From contig RDOA01000038.1 of NCBI GenBank assembly GCA_011364925.1, forward strand, positions 1 through 37,105: 37,105 nucleotides of DNA. The letters run 5' to 3'. The notes beneath the pieces were generated by a model. It worked only from the letters and a program-made list of their open reading frames with translations. It ran no database searches and had not been told where the DNA came from. The DNA comes from Promethearchaeota archaeon. GTDB lineage: Archaea; Asgardarchaeota; Lokiarchaeia; Sigyniarchaeales; SOKP01. Numbering within the stretch: position 1 is the first letter of the stretch; every line of letters starts with the position of its first letter. Shown piece after piece: positions 28,278 to 37,105 of this stretch. The position numbers and the translations under genes are program-made.

Positions 28278-29447
28278 ATGTCCAATCAATCAAAAATTTT
28301 TATTCTTAAAACTTCTCCAAAAACGGTATTAGACGATTATATGAAGCTCATGCATTTAGCAGAGTATGAGCATTATTTTCAAAAAGATGAAAAAATCATT
28401 ATAAAACTGAACCTAAGCTGGTCAAAATTTTTTCCCGCTTGTTCTAGCCCTCCGTGGCAAGTAGAAGGCGTATTAAAAACTCTTAACGATGATGGATATA
28501 ATCCTAAGAAAATATTTACTGCCGAAAATAGGACAGTTGTAACAAATATCGAAAAGGGCTTAAAAGGAAATAAATGGCATCCTATCATTAAAAAATATGG
28601 TGCGTGGTTTGTTCCACTAACAAGAATCCCATTTGAACCTTATGAATCTCTTCGATCAGAGTTTATTAATCTTAAAAATAAAAATTTGCATGTTTTGGAC
28701 TCAAAAATTTTTCCTAATGGATTTAAAATTCCACATTTTTATGTTGGCAAACCTATAATCCATCTCCCTACAATGAAGACCCATGGACACACCGGAGCTT
28801 TAGGCGGAGATTTAAAAAAATCTACAGAAGAAATGAAGCATGGTGGTATAACATGTGCCATGAAAAATGCTTTTGGAGGTTTACTCACAAAGCGAAGACA
28901 TTTTAGTCATCAATTTATGTCTGAAGTTTTAGTTGATTTACTTATAATTCAAAAGCAAATACATCCAAACGTTATGGCTATTGTAGATGGGACCGTATGT
29001 GGAGATGGAGCAGGACCAAGAACGATGATCCCCCGTATTAAAAATTATCTTCTCGCAGGATATGATCAGGTTGCTGTAGACACCGTTGTTGCTAAAATGT
29101 TAGGTTTTGAACCATTAAAATTACCTGCCATAAAATTAGCGCACGATGAAGGATTAGGGTGTGGAGATTTCGAAGATATTGAGATGATTGGAGAGGATGT
29201 CTCGAATATAAATTGGAATTTTAATGTAAAGAGAAGTCTTGTAATTTGGGGCGATCAAATGGTGAGAAAAGGACCATTACGTTTTTTAAATCCATTAATG
29301 CACAACAAAATCTTCTTTACTATACCAATATTGAGTTCCTTAGTGTACCATGACATGTTGTGGTATCCAACAATCGGTAAGAAAAGAATTAATAAATTTC
29401 TTGAAACCAATTGGGGACAACTTTTTAAAAGCTATCCTTATAATTAG
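28278..29447 (+). CDS. DUF362-domain protein
   Basis: IKLNLSW, HLPTMKTHG, TCAMKNAFGGL, IVDGTVCGDGAGP, DQVAVD. Confidence 0.8.
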   Translation: MSNQSKIFILKTSPKTVLDDYMKLMHLAEYEHYFQKDEKIIIKLNLSWSKFFPACSSPPWQVEGVLKTLNDDGYNPKKIFTAENRTVVTNIEKGLKGNKWHPIIKKYGAWFVPLTRIPFEPYESLRSEFINLKNKNLHVLDSKIFPNGFKIPHFYVGKPIIHLPTMKTHGHTGALGGDLKKSTEEMKHGGITCAMKNAFGGLLTKRRHFSHQFMSEVLVDLLIIQKQIHPNVMAIVDGTVCGDGAGPRTMIPRIKNYLLAGYDQVAVDTVVAKMLGFEPLKLPAIKLAHDEGLGCGDFEDIEMIGEDVSNINWNFNVKRSLVIWGDQMVRKGPLRFLNPLMHNKIFFTIPILSSLVYHDMLWYPTIGKKRINKFLETNWGQLFKSYPYN

Positions 29448-30237
29448 AGAGTAATTTTTTCACATCTCTGAACAACTTTTCGGCAATATGCTCAAAGTTA
29501 AAATTACAATCCTTATCAATCTTTAGATAGAGTAAAAATTCAATTGATCCTCCTTTTCCAAGTAAGGGAGAGACAATTAAATCCTTTGGAAAGAAAGAAT
29601 ATTTAAGACACCATTCTATTAAATTCCTCAAAATTTTCTTTAAAATCGATAAATCCGTTATTTTTTTAAGATGGAGTTCTTCTCGATAATTTGTTTCAAA
29701 AAGTGGTTTAATCAAGACGATTATATCTCCCTTCTTCTTTAAATAATTCTTAATATTTGGTAGAATAAATTTAAGTGAAGAAAATGTCACATCTATGGTG
29801 ACAATGTCTACATTTGTAGGCACTGACTTCAGCTTTCTTGCATCAACACCTAGAAGTTCAATTACCTCGTTTTTTTTACATCTTAACGACGGGTGTAACA
29901 AATCTTTGGCAGTATCAACCGCGTAAACTTTTAATGCTCCTTTTTGTAATAAACAATCGGTAAAACCCCCAATCGAAGCTCCAATGTCAACACACACTTT
30001 ACCTTTAACTACAATTGAAAATTCTTTTAGGGCTGCCTCTAATTTAAGGCCTCCTCTCCCAACATAAGGGAACTTTTGCTTTAATCTAATTATAGAGGTA
30101 TTTTCGATTCTCTTTCCAGGCTTTAGCATTTCCATATCATTTACGACTACATAACCATTTTTAATTAACCATTGTGCTTTCACCCTACTTTCCACAAGTC
30201 TTCTTTCAACTAATAGGATATCTAGTCTTTCCTTCAT
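29425..30237 (-). CDS. tlyA: TlyA-family rRNA 2'-O-methyltransferase (S4 + FtsJ-like domains)
   Basis: KERLDILLV..SRVKAQ, YVGRGGLKL, DIGASIGGFTDCLLQKGA, DVTFSSL, LIKPLFE; start 30237 or 30258. Confidence 0.9.
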   Translation of the reverse strand: MKERLDILLVERRLVESRVKAQWLIKNGYVVVNDMEMLKPGKRIENTSIIRLKQKFPYVGRGGLKLEAALKEFSIVVKGKVCVDIGASIGGFTDCLLQKGALKVYAVDTAKDLLHPSLRCKKNEVIELLGVDARKLKSVPTNVDIVTIDVTFSSLKFILPNIKNYLKKKGDIIVLIKPLFETNYREELHLKKITDLSILKKILRNLIEWCLKYSFFPKDLIVSPLLGKGGSIEFLLYLKIDKDCNFNFEHIAEKLFRDVKKLLSNYKDSF

Positions 30238-30349
30238 AAATCTTATTTTAGAATGCAAATTTTGAATTGTTTATAATAAGATACGCTCAAAATTATTTTT
30301 AATGCTTAACACAAATCATGAATTTTAAATTCTTTAAGTAAGAAATTAA

Positions 30350-30865
30350 TTGAGAATGTCTAATACTAACTTTGATGACTTATTTTTTTACCAAGTAGTA
30401 AGGGTTAAGAAACATTTCTTTAATACTGAATTAAAATTATCGAACTTCTTTTTTGAGATAACATCAATCTTCCCTGGAAGTATAATTCGCATTAAGAACT
30501 TTGTTTTCTTTTTTGTTAAACCAGAAGATTACTATGTTGCTAAATTAGGATTAAAGAAATTACGCTATTTACTAAAAGAAAAAAAGATTCTAATAATACG
30601 AGAAGACACAACATTAATTAAATTAGTTTTTAGTTTTTTCGAGGATGTGTATATTCACGATGTATTGTTGATTGAAAAGACTACTGGTGTTATATTAGAT
30701 GTAATGTTATTGTTTAAAAAAGACAGAGCAGTTGCGGTAGGAATTGAAGGCGCCTATATTAAGACTATTAATTATATTTTTCGAAATTATATTTCGTTCA
30801 ATTATCCATATAATAAAATGGATGGATCTCCAGTAGAATTAAGGTGTAGCCTTACAACTGTATAG
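30350..30865 (+). CDS. Divergent archaeal NusA-like (two KH domain) protein
   Basis: Colinear with archaeal NusA: FFEIT...FFFVK...LKKLRYLL.EKKILII...DRAVAVGIEGAYIK; first KH GxxG loop missing. Confidence 0.6.
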   Translation: MRMSNTNFDDLFFYQVVRVKKHFFNTELKLSNFFFEITSIFPGSIIRIKNFVFFFVKPEDYYVAKLGLKKLRYLLKEKKILIIREDTTLIKLVFSFFEDVYIHDVLLIEKTTGVILDVMLLFKKDRAVAVGIEGAYIKTINYIFRNYISFNYPYNKMDGSPVELRCSLTTV

Positions 30866-30892
30866 ATTAGAATGAGTATTTAATTTGCTTTT

Positions 30893-31987
30893 TCATTTAT
30901 TTATTTTTTCTTCAATCTTTTTAGCTATTTTAAAACTTAATCTTCCTAGTACTGCTTTTAAAGACGCTTTCCAACCCCATACTTTATATATTTGCCTTAA
31001 AATCGCCCAAAATATAAAAAAAGTTATTATAGAGGCAATCCAAATTTGAATCGGGTCAAGGCTTTGATAAAAAATGAAATACAAGAAATTATGCCCTAAA
31101 TAGACCGTAAAAGAGTAATACGAGAAGTAAAAAAAGACGCGATATTTTTTCCGAGTTTTCAATATGTGAAATTCTTCTAATACAATTAAGCCTAATAGAA
31201 TAAGTAAATCAATACCTATTGTATGAATAATCCAAGAAAAACTACCCCTAAATAAAAAATTTGGAAATTTAAATAATATTCCAAAAATAGTTAACCCTAC
31301 GCTTACAAAACCTATGGGAACTATTAATTTTTCCTTGATCTGTTTCCTTCTTTTTTCTAGATCATTGTTATTCCCCAATTCACTAATAACATCTCCAATA
31401 ACGGTTCCAAATAGGACGAAGGGAAAAAATAGCAAAATTGGATCTTGACTATAATCATTATATAGCAAGTGGTAAAGAACACCTTGTATATTAATTTGAT
31501 TTTTGAAAGGATCTAGGATAAAATAAAATAACTCATTTATAAGCCAAATAGAAACTCCAATAATGATTCTATTCTTTTTTGAAACCTTAAACAAGGGCCA
31601 AATTATTAGCAAAGAAACTGCAGCAGTCATTAGCACAAACCAAGTCCAAATCCATGATAAATTGTTTATTGTCAAAGCTATAGCTAGGTTATAGAGTATT
31701 GCAATTGTTAAGAGCAAAAAAGCTCGAATGTAGTAAGAGACTTTTACTCTAAAATAGCTTATTGTTTTTAAATCTTCTACCCGATACATACGGTTGCGAT
31801 ACGATAAGGTAATGCTCACACCAGAAATAAACAAAAATCCAGAGGCACCTATAGAATCGAAAATGCTAAAAGCGAGATCATTTAGCCAAGAAAATTCTGG
31901 TCTGACCCACCAACCTATTAAATGACCAAGGAACATCCACGCCATGCACATTCCACGAAAAATGTCTATGCTTTTAAGTCTCTGCAT
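30893..31987 (-). CDS. DUF1624/HGSNAT-like membrane acyltransferase
   Basis: RLKSIDIFRG..M..GH N-terminal motif, FLFISGVS, FPFVLFG, YYSFTVYLGH, ~10 TMs. Confidence 0.78.
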   Translation of the reverse strand: MQRLKSIDIFRGMCMAWMFLGHLIGWWVRPEFSWLNDLAFSIFDSIGASGFLFISGVSITLSYRNRMYRVEDLKTISYFRVKVSYYIRAFLLLTIAILYNLAIALTINNLSWIWTWFVLMTAAVSLLIIWPLFKVSKKNRIIIGVSIWLINELFYFILDPFKNQINIQGVLYHLLYNDYSQDPILLFFPFVLFGTVIGDVISELGNNNDLEKRRKQIKEKLIVPIGFVSVGLTIFGILFKFPNFLFRGSFSWIIHTIGIDLLILLGLIVLEEFHILKTRKKYRVFFYFSYYSFTVYLGHNFLYFIFYQSLDPIQIWIASIITFFIFWAILRQIYKVWGWKASLKAVLGRLSFKIAKKIEEKINK

Positions 31988-32201
31988 ATTTATTAATTAG
32001 ATATTTAAAGATTATTTTTAATAGCTTTTTTTAGCCTCTATGCAATTTACTATTCCAGAATTAAAATATATTTATAACTTATAGCTCGAAAATTTTCAAA
32101 AATTTTAACCCATTACTTTATTTCCCTTAATTCAAAACCTATAGATTTAAAATTAAAATAAAAAATTCAACATTTAATATAAAATTTCAATGAAAATTTT
32201 T

Positions 32202-33317
32202 CTAAAGCAATGAATCTTTGCCATACTTCCAGATTTTGATGGAATCAATTCTTTCTACCATAAAATTTGTAAACTTATTGATTAGAAATTTTATCGATGC
32301 GTATTTATTCCATTTTTTATAAACATACCGAATTAAAAATGTCCATATTATTAGTATGGGAATTACAACAAACCAAATCTCATATATATTGAAAAGTGGT
32401 TGAAATAGAAAGTAGAGGAGATGATGAGAAAAAAAAATAGTAAATGAATAAAATGAAAAAATCTCAAAAAATTTAAATCTTATTTGTAGTTTTGACTCTT
32501 TAAAATCTTTATAATAGACTAAAAAGGCTAATAAAATAAGTTGGATTCCAACAATAAACATATGAGAAGAGAAAGTTGTCTTATTTGAAAAATCTGGAAA
32601 TCTATACAAAAGGCCAAATGATATCAGAAGACTCCCATAAATCCCACTTGGTTTAAGGACTTTATTTTTTATAAACATGTGTTTTTTTTCTAAATCCTCT
32701 ATATTGCCTAACTCGAAGAATAAATCACCTAATACAGTTCCTAAGAGGAGGTATGGAAAGTAAGCTAATATAACATTTTGATCAGGACTGTTGTAAAGAA
32801 AATAGAATATATATCCAAGCATATTTTGTTCATTACTATATGGAGTTAACCAAAATAATACAAATTGGTTACTAATCCAGAATACAAAACAAATAACTAT
32901 TCTAAATAATCGAGATGTCTTTAAGAATATCCAAGCCATGAATAATGAGATTGAAATTGTTTGTATTACAAACCATAACCAAACGCCGGGGAGATCCATA
33001 AAAAGCGTGCCAATAAAGTTCCATAGGGTAGAGATTAGAAGTATGACTAAAGTTCTCAACATATAAGTATTCCTGGCTTTATTCATTGTAAATTCTTGAG
33101 AATTTTTAGCTTTTAACCAATCTCTTTTGTACGAAAGTGAGGCGCTCATCCCCGAAACTAATAAGAATCCTGCGCCACCGATTGGAGCTCCATAGTTCCA
33201 TATTAATTCATATAACCAGAAATCTGTGGGGGAAATCCACCAGTTAACCATATGTCCAAAAGTCATGTAGAATATACAGATACCTCTAAGAATATCAATG
33301 CTTCTAAACCTATTCAT
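32202..33317 (-). CDS. DUF1624/HGSNAT-like membrane acyltransferase (paralog)
   Basis: RFRSIDILRG..M..GH, FLLVSGMS, FPYLLLG, FYSFTIFFSH. Confidence 0.78.
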   Translation of the reverse strand: MNRFRSIDILRGICIFYMTFGHMVNWWISPTDFWLYELIWNYGAPIGGAGFLLVSGMSASLSYKRDWLKAKNSQEFTMNKARNTYMLRTLVILLISTLWNFIGTLFMDLPGVWLWFVIQTISISLFMAWIFLKTSRLFRIVICFVFWISNQFVLFWLTPYSNEQNMLGYIFYFLYNSPDQNVILAYFPYLLLGTVLGDLFFELGNIEDLEKKHMFIKNKVLKPSGIYGSLLISFGLLYRFPDFSNKTTFSSHMFIVGIQLILLAFLVYYKDFKESKLQIRFKFFEIFSFYSFTIFFSHHLLYFLFQPLFNIYEIWFVVIPILIIWTFLIRYVYKKWNKYASIKFLINKFTNFMVERIDSIKIWKYGKDSLL

Positions 33318-33455
33318 TTCAGCAAATATCCCTTAAGTTAAGATGAATATCAAAAAAAATCAGTAATAATGATTCCTTTGACATTTTTGTGATCATTCCT
33401 AATTTTTGATCACTTTCATTAATTGAAATAATGAAAAAAGTTAAAGTTTATTAAT

Positions 33456-34304
33456 TTATGTTTTATTATTGGTTAAGCTTGTTACTGCACCGCTCAGACT
33501 CAACTCTCCATTTAACACTTTACTTACTATTTCCTTTAATTCCAAAAGATTATCCTCATGATTATTGGTTTTCAATGTTTCTAAATTGTCTTTTTTTAAA
33601 TTTTTATTTTTGATTTGTTCAAATATATATTCGTAATTGTCTAGGTTAACAGAAATACCATTTCTAAAAGCTAAAATTAAAGCTGAAATTTCATCTTTTG
33701 AAATTTTTCGTACTTTTCTTTCTCCAGAAAGTTTGATCTTTGAGGATTTGAATTCGTCTATCAGATATACCATTAGATTTTTTCTACCGTTGAAAATTTT
33801 ATAAATATCATTTACTAGATTAAATGCAATAGGAAGGATGCCTCGTCCTATTTTGAAATTAATTTGTATTAGATTGGGGTTATCCTCTTGAAAGGTTTGG
33901 ATATAGCTCTTTATCGTTCTTAGTAACTCAGGCTTCTCAAAACAGCAATAAGAATTTAGATAAAAGTCATCCAGAAAAATCATCAAACCGAATTTATTAC
34001 CTGGATCTATAGAGAAAGTTAGTGTAGAATAGATCTCTTTATAACCGATTCTATAGGCAGCAATTACTCTTATTAAATACTTATCGAAATTACAATTCTT
34101 TACGTATACAAGGTAATTATCACGACTTCTGACTTCAAGTTTATCGAAATCTTCAGAAGTTGTAAGAATTAGAGACGATAAAGTAGGTATTTTTGCATCT
34201 AAATTAAGTATCTGAAATTCAATCTTATACTTATCTAACGCATTTTTAAGCATGTAAAAAAAATTCAAATCTTCTGTTAAGATATATAAGGATCGATTTC
34301 TCAA
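33456..34304 (-). CDS. Hypothetical protein with RNase H-like (YqgF/RuvX-like) domain
   Basis: SIDPGNKFGL, KIGRG, LIDEFKSS, KDEISALILA match the YqgF-like motif order; TTG start. Confidence 0.55.
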   Translation of the reverse strand: MRNRSLYILTEDLNFFYMLKNALDKYKIEFQILNLDAKIPTLSSLILTTSEDFDKLEVRSRDNYLVYVKNCNFDKYLIRVIAAYRIGYKEIYSTLTFSIDPGNKFGLMIFLDDFYLNSYCCFEKPELLRTIKSYIQTFQEDNPNLIQINFKIGRGILPIAFNLVNDIYKIFNGRKNLMVYLIDEFKSSKIKLSGERKVRKISKDEISALILAFRNGISVNLDNYEYIFEQIKNKNLKKDNLETLKTNNHEDNLLELKEIVSKVLNGELSLSGAVTSLTNNKT

Positions 34305-34347
34305 ATTAATATTATAAATTAAATAAATAAATTAAAAATTTTTAATA

Positions 34348-35040
34348 ATGCAATTTCCTCTCTCTAAAATTAGTGAGTTCTTTAAGCCTATCGATATTAA
34401 AGAGGGAATATACTCCGTATGGGGCGATTTTGGTGTGGGAAAAACTACTTATTCGCTTCAAACAGCGAAACTATACGCGTTAAAAAAAAGAAAAATTCTA
34501 TTTATTTACACAAAACCAAACATTCCGTACGATAAAATAAGTTTTGTGTTTGAAAACGCTTTGGAGGCTGTTTTAGATACAATTTCTTTTCAAAAGTTGA
34601 CTACTTTTGAGGAGATGTACAAGTTTATATTTAATTTGGAATTTTTTGTCTTGGAGGATTTAAAATCCAAGAAAAAGGTCTTTAACCTAATCATAATAGA
34701 TTCTATGACAGATCTGTATCGATTGGAATTAAATCGCGAAAAAAAAGGGAAAAACTTTATTCTGAATTTTAAGCTAAATCAGTTGTTAGCTAATCTAGTT
34801 TATTTAAACCAGAAATATGAGATTGAACTTTTGGTTGTTAATGAAATTAGTAGAAGAACTCAGGATGGACAAACTTATGAAGTGGAAAGTGGTGGTAATG
34901 TTATGGATTATTGGGTGAATAATTCTATCAAAATCGAACGAACGGATGTAGTAAACGAACGAAAATTTATTTTGCATAGAGGAAATGATAATAGCTCATT
35001 TGTTATAAATTACAAGTTATCTGAACATGGTTTTGAATAA
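34348..35040 (+). CDS. radB: RadB-like RecA-family ATPase
   Basis: Walker A GDFGVGKT, Walker B LIIIDS..LYR, VVNEI, SGG, LHR resembling the RadB KHR patch; no N-terminal HhH domain. Confidence 0.7.
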   Translation: MQFPLSKISEFFKPIDIKEGIYSVWGDFGVGKTTYSLQTAKLYALKKRKILFIYTKPNIPYDKISFVFENALEAVLDTISFQKLTTFEEMYKFIFNLEFFVLEDLKSKKKVFNLIIIDSMTDLYRLELNREKKGKNFILNFKLNQLLANLVYLNQKYEIELLVVNEISRRTQDGQTYEVESGGNVMDYWVNNSIKIERTDVVNERKFILHRGNDNSSFVINYKLSEHGFE

Positions 35041-35111
35041 AAAAAATATAAAATGTTATCAATTATAGCTCATTATTCTTAATAGATAACTATTCTTAGC
35101 AAGTTTTTTTC

Positions 35112-36107
35112 ATGAGTGAAAGACGAGAAAATATTAAATTGTCAAGATGGCTGGAAAATGAAGTGCCTTCATCTTTTTCAAATAGAAACGAATTAGTTGA
35201 TATTATTGAAACTATTGCTGAATCCACGATTCCGATTAGAGGTTTATTGGAAAGGGGAATAACTTCTCGAGAAATTGAACAGAGAATGGAAATTGAAAAA
35301 GCAGGAAGTCATTCTATAAATTTATATGGAGAATTCCAAATTCACGAGGATATTTTGACTCACAGCATCATTTTAAAAGCACTTCAGGAAAGTGATATTG
35401 ATTTTTTATTTATCGCTTCTGAAGAAGCTGAACCTGTATTAGGTAAGGGGAAGTTTGGAATCACAATAGATCCCGTTGATGGATCCTCTAATGTTATAGT
35501 AAATAGAACTGTAGGGACAATTGTAGGGATATATAATGAGATGGGCCATATTACTTGTAGTTTCTATGTTCTATACGGAATTTACACTAACCTGATCATA
35601 GCTTTTAATGGTAAAGTTGCAGAATTCATTCTAGATACATCACCCTATAGTATGACTTTTTATCATTATATCTATCAAGAACTAAAAGATTTACCCAATA
35701 ATGAAGAGGAAGGAATAAGGTGTCTAGGAGGAAATTCAACACAGTGGTCGAATAAATGTAAAGCTTATGAAAAAGAGTTAATTAGACGAAATTTTAAAGA
35801 TCGATATAGTGGTAGTTTTGTGGGAGATATACACGCAATAATAAATTATGGGGGCGTATATTCGTATTTCCCTTCCCCAAAAGCTAAAATTCGTATCTAT
35901 TATGAGTGGCTTCCTTTGGCATTTATCATTGAAACTTTAAAGGGAGTTTTCATAACCATCAGTACTGCTGAAAACATCGATGATGTAAAAAGAATAGGAG
36001 ACATTGAACCTTTAACTGCTAGTAATGTTCAAAGAATTCATACGAGAACTTCGGGTGGTTTATTAGGTAGCGAAAAACCAGTGAACCTTTTTCTATCAAC
36101 GATATAA
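35112..36107 (+). CDS. fbp: Class I fructose-1,6-bisphosphatase
   Basis: NLYGEFQ, ASEE, IDPVDGSSN, VGTIVGIY, RYSGSFVGDIH, GGVYSY, KIRIYYE.LPLAFIIE. Confidence 0.82.
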   Translation: MSERRENIKLSRWLENEVPSSFSNRNELVDIIETIAESTIPIRGLLERGITSREIEQRMEIEKAGSHSINLYGEFQIHEDILTHSIILKALQESDIDFLFIASEEAEPVLGKGKFGITIDPVDGSSNVIVNRTVGTIVGIYNEMGHITCSFYVLYGIYTNLIIAFNGKVAEFILDTSPYSMTFYHYIYQELKDLPNNEEEGIRCLGGNSTQWSNKCKAYEKELIRRNFKDRYSGSFVGDIHAIINYGGVYSYFPSPKAKIRIYYEWLPLAFIIETLKGVFITISTAENIDDVKRIGDIEPLTASNVQRIHTRTSGGLLGSEKPVNLFLSTI

Positions 36108-36134
36108 TTATATACTTAATATTTATAAGACGCA

Positions 36135-37105
36135 ATGGATATTATAAATCAAAATTTTAGAAATAGAGGGTATATCACTAAACAAGAAGGTTCTGTGAAG
36201 TTTCTAATATATGAAACTGACGATGATAAAATTCCTTCTAAATCTATGAATGTTTTTTATAATAAGAGAATGGAAATAAACAGGGATATTTCCATATTAG
36301 CGATTTTAGCATATAATAAACTGTTTAATCAAGAACCACTAGTGATCGTCGACTCAATGGCAGCTTCTGGTATTGGCTCACTTAGAATGTTAAAAAACAT
36401 CAAAAATATTGAAAAATTTTACATTAACGATATCAATCCCGACGCTGTTAAATTAATTGAAGAAAATTTAGAATTGAACAAACTTAAATCTGGAAAAATA
36501 GAATTAGTAAATTTAGATGCCAATCTATTATTTTCTGAGATTTCTCAAAACTCTATAATGCCGAACGTTGTTTCAATTGATCCATTTGGTACACCCAACC
36601 TTTATATTGACTCTGCCCTTAAATCAATAAAAAAAGAAAAAGGTTTACTATGTGTAACTGCGACAGATACAGCAGTGTTATTTGGTGTAAAACCCATGGT
36701 TTGTGTTAGGAAATATATGGCTAAACCGCTTCATACAGATTACTGTAAAGAAATTGGGGCGCGTATATTACTCTCTTTTATTTCAAGAATCGCAAATATA
36801 AATAACATAGGCATCATACCTCTTTTTACTTTTTATGCTAACCATTTTATAAGAGTTTTTGTTCTCACTTTCAAAGGGAAGTCAAAAATTTTAAAAGCAT
36901 TACCAAAAAATTATGGATTTATTGTTCACTGCAAGAATTGCGGGGATCGATCAATAATAGTAGAGAATCTCTTAAAGTTACCTCAAAAGTGCTCAGTTTG
37001 TTCAAGTAATAGTCATCTTTCCTATTCAGGACCTTTATGGGTTGGGGATTTGCATCAAAAGTCATTTTTGCAGGAGTTGGATTTTTTAATTGAGAAATTT
37101 AATTT
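36135..37105 (+). CDS. trm1: tRNA (guanine-26-N2)-dimethyltransferase, cut off by the window edge
   Basis: Manual translation from ATG 36135: EGSVKF, VFYNKRMEINRD, DSMAASGIGSLR, INDINP, SIDPFGTP, CVTATD, EIGARIL, CxxC..CxxC, GPLW. Confidence 0.93.
   Translation, partial: MDIINQNFRNRGYITKQEGSVKFLIYETDDDKIPSKSMNVFYNKRMEINRDISILAILAYNKLFNQEPLVIVDSMAASGIGSLRMLKNIKNIEKFYINDINPDAVKLIEENLELNKLKSGKIELVNLDANLLFSEISQNSIMPNVVSIDPFGTPNLYIDSALKSIKKEKGLLCVTATDTAVLFGVKPMVCVRKYMAKPLHTDYCKEIGARILLSFISRIANINNIGIIPLFTFYANHFIRVFVLTFKGKSKILKALPKNYGFIVHCKNCGDRSIIVENLLKLPQKCSVCSSNSHLSYSGPLWVGDLHQKSFLQELDFLIEKFN

Noticed and set aside
25-28588. Short ORFs overlapping real genes (25-231, 901-1119, 1264-1458, 4280-4519, 5294-5581, 6374-6607, 9704-9919, 10183-10383, 12403-12702, 14011-14412, 15599-15799, 15705-16073, 19019-19228, 20812-21078, 24481-24669, 25168-25380, 25198-25476, 27565-27807, 28379-28588)
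   Set aside because: Antisense or out-of-frame shadows of well-supported genes, with no recognisable motifs
1-37105. CRISPR arrays, transposases, rRNA, selenocysteine or pyrrolysine read-through, frameshifted genes
   Set aside because: No regularly spaced repeats, mobile-element motifs or split ORFs seen by eye, and intergenic gaps are too short for arrays or rRNA operons

Overview
AT-rich, gene-dense archaeal chromosomal segment, most likely from an Asgard archaeon (Lokiarchaeia-like). This rests on several eukaryotic-signature-type genes (gelsolin-domain protein, Roadblock/LC7, ribophorin I/Ost1 homolog, two V4R proteins) alongside typical archaeal genes (hdrC, type II Met aminopeptidase, Sec61beta, Trm1, RadB-like ATPase). 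Main blocks: (1) 0-6.1 kb redox, cytoskeleton-like and signalling-like genes; (2) 7.4-20 kb a cluster of protein-translocation, N-glycosylation and membrane-protease genes that also carries a long Trm112 and a tRNA-Gln(UUG) gene with a 29-nt T-loop intron and an atypical C33; (3) 20.5-28.2 kb a Dpp/Opp peptide ABC operon with two unexplained embedded genes, a GC-shifted dppA/dppB/dppC module and a coiled-coil insert in DppD; (4) 28-37 kb DUF362, TlyA, a degenerate NusA paralog, two DUF1624-like paralogs, a YqgF-like/RadB-like head-to-head pair, class I FBPase and a Trm1 truncated by the window edge (absent from the ORF track). No CRISPR array, transposase, integrase or rRNA was seen. All family calls come from motif recognition by eye; no searches were run.
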